Assembly: GCF_036321535.1 (NCBI RefSeq)
Contig: NC_087444.1
Span: forward strand, 73,780,001 to 73,844,000
Direction of reading: 5' to 3'
Origin: Camelus dromedarius
Lineage: Eukaryota
DNA: 64,000 nucleotides
In this document: in pieces, positions 36,489 through 46,400 of the stretch
Layout: the number at the start of each line of letters is the position of its first letter
Position numbering within the stretch: position 1 is the first letter of the stretch
Made by a program: the position numbers and the translations under genes
The notes under the pieces: generated by a model
Told to the model about the DNA's origin: nothing
Database searches by the model: none
Seen by the model: the letters and a program-made list of their open reading frames with translations, nothing else

Positions 36489-36943
36489 CAAGGGCTTGGG
36501 GAGAGAAAGAAAGGGGCTGTGTGCGTCTCTCTGCAGATGACCCGGCTGGGGACAGAGACAGGGTCAGGGGCTTGCAGGTCAGAGGAGGCAGAGGAGAAAG
36601 AGCCTGTTGTTTGGGGCTTGGGGGGCTGGGGGAGGCCCTGGCCCCGGATCGCATACCAAGAGTGATGCCAAGAGAGGTGGGCGGCACTGGCAGCTGCGGG
36701 GAGGGGGCAGCTGTCTGCAGCCTGGGACCGAGAATAGGGGCTTCTTTATTCTTGCCCCCTACACTCTGGTCAGGAATTTGACCTTCTCTGTGCTCGGGAC
36801 CCCCTTAACCCCTGCCTCTTTCTGGCTGCCCCCAGCTACCTGTCTCCTGCTGTCCCACAGACACCCCCAAACCATCCCTGCCAAGCCCTGGGACACCAGG
36901 AATGTGCACCCAAGCGGCCCCTCCCCCCAGCCAGGGAACTTAC

Positions 36944-37371
36944 CAGCTCCGGGGTCCCAAGGACAGAGGGCAAAAGAGGGCAGGGTGGGTGCTGGGACAC
37001 CCAGCCACAGTCTCCCTCCTCCTCTGTCTCTTAGGTGCTGCCTCTCCTCGTCCCCAGTTCTCACCTGCTCATTCACACCCTTTTTGTCTCTTTGTCTCTG
37101 ATGATGTCTTCTTCCTCTCACACTTTCTCTTTTATATTGTCTCTCTCCACTCTCTCCTGTCTCTCTCTCTTTCTCTCTAATCTCTGTCTCTTCCAGTCTC
37201 TCCCTTACTTGTTCTCATCCCCACCCCCATATCACTTTCTCTTCCAATCTTTCTGTTTGCATCCAAATCCTTCTCTGACACAGAGTCTCTTCTTTTAAGT
37301 CTCCGTCCCGTTCTCTCTCTCTCTCTCCCCTCGTCTCTGTCTTGCTGTGTCTCTCTCTCCCTCACATTCAA

Positions 37372-37433
<62 letters not shown>

Positions 37434-37620
37434 GGCCCTCTACATCTGCTGTTTCCTCCTCTCTCTGATTCTCCCTCTCATTTTCTCTCTTCCTCCCTCT
37501 CCCAGTTTCTCTTTCCTCTCTGCTGGACTTTCCCTCCCTCTGCCAGCCGCCCACGCGCCGCTGTCTCCCCTCCCAATCCCGGCTGACCCCGCCCCTCTTG
37601 GCCTCCCCACCGCAGCCTGA
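36944..37620 (-). other. PLEKHA4: Probable non-coding exon 1 / 5' UTR of PLEKHA4
   Basis: Strong donor CTG/gtaagt at 36944; exon 2 acceptor 6 nt before the ATG; GC box near 37585. The 5' end is approximate. Confidence 0.55.
37100..37520 (+). repeat. Polypyrimidine/polypurine tract containing a perfect (TC)n run at about 37373-37428
   Basis: Read directly; about 27 TC units. Confidence 0.9.
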
Positions 37621-38279
37621 CCTCTTGCTCAGTTGCCCCCACAGTTGATGGGAGGGGCTGGGTCCACAGCACTGCTCCCCTCACCCAGATCCCTGCTGGG
37701 CTGGGACCTGGGGAGCTGGGGTCCCATAAATGGCTGAAGCTGTGATTCCTAAATGTTTGGAAATTAGGAGCTGGGGCCTGGACTCCAGGGCTTCAGTAGG
37801 CTGGGTCATTGGTAGCCCCTAATGGAGATAGCTGGGATCTTGGAAGGCGTGGGAGCTCAGAATCCTGGGTGCCTGGGAAGGCGTGAGCTATGAGTCAGGA
37901 CTTCCAGCGTTGTGAATGAAGCCAGGGGTCTGGAAGTGTGGCTTTAAGTGGATGAGTCCAAGTCCTCCAGCAAGGAAGGAGTGGCACCAGATTCCCCAGT
38001 TCTGCAAAAGCAGTGTCCAGTGGCCAGTGTCAACCTCCACCTCAGACCCAGGTGAGAATTCTGTTCTAGACTAAGGATGAGAGGGAGACATTGTTCCTGG
38101 GAGTATTTTGAGGAAAAAGGTTATGGACCAGGTCAGGCGTGGGAGGCGTCAGAGAACTGGGTCTGTGTCCCTGGACCTGGAATTTGTGGCAGGAGACCCT
38201 CCACTGCCATGAGGTTCAGTTGATGCTACCCAGCCAGAATTTCAGTTTGTGTAGCAGAAGTTTTGTATAAATTTGAAGC

Positions 38280-38490
38280 AGGTGATATATAAAATAGATA
38301 AACAACAAGGACCTACTGTATAGCACAGGGAGCTATATTCAATATTTCATTATAACCTATAATGGAAAAGAATCTGAAAGAAAATATTTGTATATACATG
38401 TATAACTGAATCACTTCGCTGTACACCTGAAACTAACACAACATAGTAAACGAACTATACTTCCATTTTAAAAATGGTTTAAAAAATTGA
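38280..38490 (+). mobile_element. L1 3'-terminal fragment (same family as 2160-2320)
   Basis: ATAAACAACAAGGACCTACTGTATAGCACAGGG...AACTATACTTCCAT plus A-rich end. Confidence 0.75.
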
Positions 38491-38889
38491 AGCAGGTGAA
38501 ACCCAGGAGTGGAGCCTTGTGACTCAGACAGGGCAGGGGTCTGAGTATTTGGTTTAGTATCTTCACATCTCATATTTGTTGAGCACCTACTATGTGCCAG
38601 GCACTGAGAAGAAAGCAGTGAGCAAAGTAACGTGCCTACCTACAGGGGGCTTTCACGTTCTCGTTCTCTTTTGCAATGAACCTAGACTCTTCTTGTGACC
38701 ATCTTGAGCAAGTGATTTCATTCTCAAGCCTCAGTTTCTCCGTCTGTGAAGTGGAAACATTAATGCTCTCCCACACTGGATAGAAGACGGCCGGGATGGG
38801 AAGGTGGGAGACCCTAAACTGGGTCCTGCTGGTTAGATTAAGGGGAAAGGACATTTGCCTGGAGCAGGGGTTGAGCCAGCTCCCTCACT

Positions 38890-39100
38890 GTTCAATTGGT
38901 TCACGAGTTTGATTGACAGCTCGCTTGCTTCGGGGCGTGGCCACATTCGGAAACGCCGTCGTGACATCACAAAGCCCGGAATCTCCGCGAGAAGTCCAAC
39001 CTTATTTTCTGTTCCGTCTCTCACGTCTACGTTTCCAAACCCCACCTCCCGCGTCACGTCAGCACGTCCGGCTGCGCTGGCCTATAAAAGCCGTGCAGGC
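38890..39100 (+). promoter_or_regulatory. PPP1R15A (GADD34) promoter: TATAAAA 39083-39089, ATF/CRE-type sites TGACATCA 38962-38969 and TCACGTCA 39054-39061
   Basis: Motifs read directly, in a CpG-rich segment. ATF-site control of GADD34 in the integrated stress response is established. Confidence 0.8.
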
Positions 39101-39240
39101 GGTGTCAGCGTTAACTTGATCCGGTTCTTACAGGTTTGTTTGTATACGTCTCCCTGCAGGACTCTGCGCCTGTTTGTCGCGACAGCGCTTGCAGCAGCCG
39201 GTAACAACTTGAGTCCCCGAGCCAGGCGCCGGAGGGCGAG

Positions 39241-39321
39241 ATGAACACCCTGGCCTCCCGAACCTTCTGGACCTGCGATCGCTTGTGGCAGCCCCAGCCG
39301 GTACTCCTGCCCCCAGGGTGA
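39241..39321 (+). CDS. Inhibitory 26-codon uORF of GADD34, MNTLASRTFWTCDRLWQPQPVLLPPG*
   Basis: ATG at 39241, TGA ending at 39321, inside exon 1 (donor at 39338). Ends in the Pro-Pro-Gly-stop typical of mammalian GADD34 uORF2. Confidence 0.9.
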   Translation: MNTLASRTFWTCDRLWQPQPVLLPPG

Positions 39322-40080
39322 CGCATAGTACCCAGCCGGTGAGTGGCGGCGTTGGAACGCCTAAGTCCCCAGGGGTTTGGGAGCTGGAGATCAGACTCTT
39401 GGTCACTAATGAGAAAGGAGCTCAAACCTTTGGGTTCCGAGATAGAAGGGCTCGGGGCCTGGACTCCTGGGTCCTACGGAGGGCCTGGGAACCTGAACGC
39501 CTGTGTTTGGAGGGGTGGGACGGGGACGGACCTCAGGGATCGGATTTAGGAAGGAGAGGGAATTAGGAGATTGGAGTCCTGAGCCGGACAGAGGAGTAGT
39601 CTGGGAGCCAGACTCTCGGGTCCCAAATGAAGGAGCAATCTAGGAATCGTAATTTTTGTGTCTCCGAGGGAGGTGGGTGATGGGGGCCTGATTTGTCAAT
39701 CCTCAGGAGGATGAGAAGCAGGGACTAAGGACTGTCCCCAAGGAAAGCAAGTAGAAGACTTGTCTTTTTGCTTCTTGGGACTAGAAGTCTGAGAGGAGAT
39801 GGGGCTGGGGGCTTTGGGGCTAAGCAAGGAGAGAAGGGGGACCCATATTCCTGGGTATTCAGAGATGAGGCAGGAAACAAAGGACCGAGATGGGAGTGGC
39901 TGGGATCAGAAAGGAATTTGGGGCAGGGACGCCCTCTCTCGTGTTGCTGTTTGTGTTACTATTTCCGTTGCTATGACTCAGAGTCATTCATCCTCAGAGT
40001 CATTCATCCTCTGATGTGATCCCCTAAATGGCTTCTAATCTTTATTCCTTTTGTTTCTCACTTTCTCCCAGCCCAGACAG

Positions 40081-42307
40081 ATGGCCCCAGGCCAAGTGCC
40101 CCATCAGTCTGCCCCCTGGAAGGATACCCACCCCTTCTTCCTCCTGTCCCCACTGATGGGCCTCCTCAGCTGGGCCTGGAGCCGCCTGAGAAGCCCAGGA
40201 CCTCCAGAGCCCTGGCTGGCGGCACCAGTAACAGGAGCAGATCAGGGAGAGGCTAAGGCTTCTCTGACCACCCACCATGCTCCCTGGAGCAGGCGCCCTC
40301 CAGAGGAGACTGGAGACAATGGAGCAGCTGAGAGCGATGGAGCAGCATCGTCGGGGGCCTGCCCTGACCTGAAAGCCAAGTGTTCTCTTCTCGAAGCCTG
40401 GAGACTTTCAGGTGATGATGATGAAGAGAATGGCAGAGAAGAAGCAACCAGAGTCCCTAGCAAGCTGGGAAGTGAATTTATAGAGGGCCAGCCTGCTCCC
40501 CTGGCCTCCAGCCTTCGGATAAGATCCCTGCAGGACCCTCCTGGGGAGGAGAAATCTGAGGAAGGAGGAGTTGCTAAAGATAAAGAGATCATGTTCCCTT
40601 TTCTCCTATCAGGCTGGGAGTACTGTCCAGGCTCGGAGTTAGAGGAGGAGGGGGTTGGAGCTGTAAATAAAGAAGCTCCGAGAACATCTACGTCCCCCTT
40701 AGCTCCAGGATCCACGCCCAGAGCTTGGGTGTGCTGCCTTCCAGTGGAGGAAGGGGATGAAGCCACAGTGGAAGAAAGAACAGAGGATAAAGCAGCCACG
40801 AAGACCTCTACTGCCCCCTCATCTGTAGGCTCCCACCCCAGGGCCTGGGAAGGTTGTTCAGGGGAGGAGCGTGAGGAGGAGGCGGACAACAAGGCTGAGA
40901 CCAGAGCAGCTGACCCAGAGCCACACTCAGTTCTAGCCCAGAGGCCCCTGCTCAGGACTTGGCAGCATCAATCCAGTGAGATCACAGAGGAGGATGAAGA
41001 GGAGGATGAGGACAGTGCTTTGTGGGCAGCTGAGGGTCTCTCTTGTGTCCCACGCACCAGTGCCTTCCTGAGGGCCTGGGTCTATCGACCAGGAGAGGAC
41101 ACGGAGGACGAGGATGACAAAGAGGACAACAAGGACAACAAGGAGGAGGACAGTGATTCAGGAGCAGCTGAAGAGGAGGGAGAAGCTGAGGGTCCTTCTT
41201 CCATCCCCCCTACCAGTACCTTCCTAAGGGCCTGGGTGTATCGACCAGGAGAGGACTCAGAGGAGGAGGAAGATGATGAGGATGAGAATGAGGATGAAGA
41301 TAATGAGTCAGAAGCAGCTGAGTCGGGAGCAAGTCCCTCCCTTCAAGCCCAGAATGCCCTCCTCAGGGGCCGGATCTATCGGCCTGGAGAGGAAACTGAG
41401 GGAGAGGAAACTGCTGAGGAGTGGAAAGAGGCTGAGTCCTGCCCCTTCCGCGTGGCCATCTATTTACCTGGAGAGAGAGCGCCACCTCCCTGGGCTCCTC
41501 CTCGGTTGCCCCTCCGACTGCAGAGGCGGCTCAAGTTTGAAGAAACCCCCGTCAGGCATCAGGACCCTGAGCCTCTCCTAAAGACCAGAAAGGTGGGTGC
41601 CGAGAGCTTAGATTCTTGAGTGTTAGGGAGGAGAGGGCTGGAAGCCGAAACTCCTGGGCTTGGGGCCAGAAGGGCTGGAGGCCCTGACTTCTGGGTCCCC
41701 TGTGTTGCAGAGGGTTGCGCTGGGAGGGCTGTGTTCACTGTAATGCAATCCTTTGCAAGAGGCTGGGCCCCTGTGGGAGGAGGAAGCAGTTGTGGCTCAG
41801 GTCAACCCCGGGGAACCACCTCCACCTTCAGGGGGCTTGGCTAATGACTAGCCAGATAACAATCATTGTTATGCAACTAATTTTTGTTTGGTTCTCTCTC
41901 TCTACCCACCTCCCATCTGTGGCTGTTTGTATCTTGTGTCTATCTCTGTGCTGGTCCATCTCCAGGTGCGCTTCTCTGAGAAGGTCTCTGTCCATCTCCT
42001 GGCTGTCTGGGCAGGACCAGCCCGGGCCGCCCGCAGAGGCCCTTGGGAGCAGTTCGCCCGGGATCGCAGTCGCTTCGCCAGACGCATTGCCAGGGCCCAA
42101 GAGGAGCTGGGCCCCTACCTCACCCCTGATGCCCGAGCCAGGGCCTGGGCACGCCTCAAGAACCTTTCCACTTCTGTGGCCACCATACCTGCCCCTACCC
42201 AGACCTTACCAATGTCCCCCATCCAGGCCACGCCCTTGAGCCATGCTACAGCCTCTCCCCTCCTTCATATGTCTCCTTGCCTGGACCTCAGTGGGAGGCG
42301 TGGCTAA
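40081..42307 (+). CDS. PPP1R15A: Protein phosphatase 1 regulatory subunit 15A (GADD34), complete, 617 aa
   Basis: Coding exons 40081-41592 and 41966-42307. N-terminus [24 protein letters not shown], acidic WVYRPGED repeats, KVRF PP1-binding motif split by the intron, [15 protein letters not shown] eIF2-alpha-binding region. Exon 2 acceptor at 40072. Confidence 0.98.
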
Positions 42308-42326
42308 GATGATGTAGTTTTCATGT

Positions 42327-42371
42327 TATTAACTATTTATTTTTTTAAGTGTTGGTTTATGTAGGAATAAA
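42327..42371 (+). terminator. PPP1R15A short AU-rich 3' UTR element and AATAAA (42366-42371)
   Basis: TTATTAACTATTTATTTTTT followed by canonical AATAAA about 60 nt after the stop codon. Confidence 0.75.
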
Positions 42372-43486
42372 GTCTTTTGTAGTGAGCAGTGTCTCTGTGT
42401 CTGAACTGACAGCATCCACTATTCCTGGGTCCCCAAGACAGTTGGGAAGAACAGCAAAAGGCGAGTGCCTCAATAGAGGATAAACTACATTCCCCATCAT
42501 CTCTTGGATTTGCCTTTTTTTCATTGTGAAGCTTCTATTGAACTAAGGGCTGGTGGGTTTGGCAGTTTTTCTTTTGCTTCTGCCTAAATTTTTGTTAAAC
42601 TTGGGATGGTTATCTCCCCAAGGGGGCTGGCAGCTGGACTCACTAATCCCTCAGAAAGTGTTAAGCTCCAGATTTCCGTGCCTCCTGGAATGTAAAGACA
42701 TCCTACTGGCAGGTGTGGTGAGTTCCTCAAGGCTTTCAGCTGCCCCGTTTCACATTTATAAGCCCTTTTTCCTTACCTACAGCACATGGCTAACAATCGC
42801 ACATACCTTATGAGACTGTACAGCCCAAAGGAGTTCATGTTTAAAACAATGCTTCAAATAACAAATGTTACGTAAGTGTTAGCTAGCATTGTAATTATTC
42901 TCTCACCTGCATGCATGTCCTTTAATTACTCACCCTATTTACGTCTCCAGCTTGGAACTATTCTCAGCAGTTCAAACAAGAGTGGCCCAAATGTCCTGCA
43001 CCGTCCAGCCTCATACCCTCCCCCTCTGCACTGGTTTCCCCAAGTTCCTCTACACTATCATTTCATTCCCAAACCGACCAAGCCCCCTTCCACCTTAAGA
43101 TCTTTGTAGGAGCTGTAGCTACTGCCTGATGTTCCTATCCTTGAACCTTCTGGTTCAGCTAGTTCCTTGAGATTCTTCAGATGTAGTCTGAAAATCATTT
43201 TTTTAGAGATGTTCTGACCGAGCCAGTTTGTGCCTCCATGTGCTTTCCTCCTTTATAGCAGACGAGCATTTTGATTTTTTGTTGTTTAAGACCCATCTCC
43301 CATGATCGGCCTGTGATTTCAGGAAAGCAAGTGCTGCTGAACAGCCCACTCCCTAGAGCATAGTACTAGGCACCCAGGCGGTGGCTAATAAGTATGGGTT
43401 ATTAGTAAACTGGGGCAAAAGAAGGCATGTTGGGGCCCTTTGTCCAAATGAGCAGGCACAGAAGCTGATGGGAGTATTTCATTGAA

Positions 43487-46400
43487 TTACTCACACGCCA
43501 GCTTCCCATTGAAAATGGACAAGCAGATGGCGAAGGCTTGGAGAGGGCAAAGTGGGAAGCAGAAGTCCATGGTGAACGCGTCTGGGGCTACGCGGCCGAA
43601 TTGGAGCACCACGTAGTTCGCTGAGGAGGAAGTCAGGAACTAAGCCTCGCGTATCTCATTTCCCTGCTGCGGGCCTCTGAGCCGGGAGAACTACGACTCC
43701 CGAGAGGCTGTGCGGTGCCCTTTTCTATGCCCAGAATCCCTCTGAGGGCCATGCAAACTACACTTCCCAATAGGCTTTGCAATAGCGTGGCGTCCGCCCT
43801 GCCTAGAAAAACGCTCAGGTGCTCATGGGAGAAGTAGTTCTCGTCCGCTTATGCCCCCCTTTCCCAGGTAAACCGGTTCCTAGAAGCTCACGGTCATCCG
43901 GATGCACGATCTGGAAGTTCTTGACTGAGGCCCGGGTGACGCGACCATGAAAATCGAGCACATAGGTGCCGCTGTCGTCGCTCCACGATGGGGCTTTATT
44001 TTGCAGCAGGGCCAGCCCCTGGGTGGCACCCCGTTGGAGGCGACTCAGTAGCGACTCCTGTTCCTAGAGGGTAAAGTAGGTGGCATGGTTAACCTCCCAC
44101 CAGCCAGCTTCCTACCTCCGGACGGCAGATTTTGAGTCCCTAGTCTGTCCTCACGTAAGTCTGACGAAGTCCTCCCAGCTTTACACGTGACCTTATGCAA
44201 CCTATCGGCCCTCTCCCTCGTAGGAATTATGGCCTGTCCCCCAGCCCCTCCTCTCCCATTGACCCAGAAATTCTCAGCCTTGCGGGACTCACATTTTGTG
44301 GCTGGACGCTAATTCTCTGGTTTTGGGCGTCAATTCCTGGAATGATTACAGTCATTTTCCGAGGCCCTCGGAATCCCAAGACGTTGGTCTCCTGGGGGTA
44401 GCAAGCTCCATTTGGCCTGTGTCTTTCTCCCTCCCCACCGTCCTGTTCTATTCTCTTTCGTCTCCCGGGCACTCACATAACACACAGCCCCCAGCTCCTT
44501 CCTGATCCGAGTAGTCTCTGGGAAGAAATTCTTCTTTTCAGGATTCACCCCATTGTCGAAGATGGAGAACTTCGTGCCCAAGACATTAGATCTACTCCAA
44601 GAGGGGAGTGATCAGCATAAAAATAATAATTATTACTGTTTTGCTGTTAACATTAACTGCTTTCCCATCTCATCTCATCAAATCTTCCCATCAATCCTCT
44701 ACATAAGATTCATGTTCTGTGTCCCATGTATTCAGTCCCTGCCCTCTCCCATTCTTTGGTAAGCCATGAGTTTAGCCTCCTACTTCGGCTCTAAGGAATG
44801 CTCTTCCCTCTAAAACTAAAGAACTCATATATCCCAACCCTCTTCTCCCCCAGTGCTTAGGAGTCCCAGCCCCTTGCCTCTCAAGAAGTCAAATGCCTTA
44901 AATGTCAGCCTTTGCTCCAAAGCCTTCAGTTCTTCTGTTGCCAACCACCCTGGGCTTACAACTTGAAGAACTACAAAACCCATCAGCCCTAAGAGAAAAG
45001 GTCCTAGAGCAGATGGAACTTCTACCTGATGGCCTGATGGGAAATGTAGTTCAATTGTCCCTTTCTTCCCCCAGGCCCCCTGCTACCTGTTTCTCGCACA
45101 TCAGTACTCTGCCCACCTGACTTTACCCACAAAGTTGTCTCCCTCCCGAGATAGGTCTGTGGGGTCCAGGGAGATGAGATAATTAGAGGTTTTGCTTCTT
45201 TTTCTCTTGCGCGCAGCCAAAAGGAAGTACTGTGGATGTAAGAAATAGCCTATTAGAATCGATTTTTGGTATCTGGCTAGGGCTAGGGGCCCAAAGACAA
45301 GGAAACACCCTGTCCCCAAGACAGAGGAAAGGGTAACGGAGTAATGTGTCCCAAGGCTTGCTGGGAGATGTGGTTCTCACTGAAGGAAGTCATCAGCTGG
45401 GTCCTGAATAGGGAGCTTCATTTCACATCTTAATATCTCCCCTTCATTCCTTACACCATTGGGTCCAGGGTTGGGGCTGAGCCCAGGCAGGGATGAGCCT
45501 GACTGGCAGGCAGGGCCAGGCTTTGAAGAATAGGGAAGAGCCTCTCTTGGAACTTTGCAGCAGGACTTTGGTAGGCGTTTCAACAGGGAAAAGCAGGTCT
45601 GGCACTGAGTAGGGAAAAAGCCTCTTCTGGGAGAGAGGAGTACCTTGAGGAGAGACTGCCACACCCGGGAAGGGAGTGGCCAGACTAAGAGGAGCTAAGC
45701 TTGGCTCCGGAAGGGAAATCCACGAGGGGAGAGGCTTGGTTCCTGAGAGGCAGGGTTTATCCTAGGATTGGATGGGGCCTGATTAGCACAGAAGGCTCGG
45801 TGAGGGACCAGACTTTGCCCAACAAAGATGGGGCCAATACCTCAAGAGGCCTGTAATGGGTGGGGTTTGGGACCCTGTGGCCTGGCTTTGAGAAAGACTG
45901 GCCCACCTGAAGGGTGGACAGGGCTTGATTATGGGATGGGGAGGGCCATAGGAAAGGAGAGGAGACTAGTTCTCTGAAGGTCAGGGCTTGGTATTGGAGC
46001 TGACTGGTCCTAGTTCAATGGCGACCAAGTCCGGGAATTGCGAAAGTCTTGACCTCGCTCAGAAAGGGGCTGGACTTGCCCCTGGGAATTGAGGCTTGCT
46101 CGCAAGGCTGCCAGACCGTACCTTCTGGCCGTCGGGCACCTCCAGGTAGAGATAGTAGCAAGGGAACATGCCCTTGTCTACGCCGCGCTTGTCACGTCTG
46201 ATGCAACACTGCACCGTGCAACCGCACCGCGCAGGCCTCAGCACATACGCTTCCATGTTCCTGCCCGGCCAAGGGCCTGGGGCGCGGGGAGGCCAGCGGG
46301 GCGAGCTCCCTGCATCGCTGCTGCCCGTGCTACCCGTGCCTTCCGAGGCCTCGGACACCTCCTCGCCGGCCGCCCCTGGGGAGTTCCTCACGGTAGACTC

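Noticed and set aside
40051-40080. N-terminal extension of GADD34 from the TTG start in the ORF track
   Set aside because: It starts in the intron's polypyrimidine tract; the exon begins at 40072 and the ATG is at 40081.
40242-40892. 216-aa antisense ORF over GADD34 exon 2
   Set aside because: Low-complexity Ser-rich shadow of Glu-rich sense codons; TTG start.
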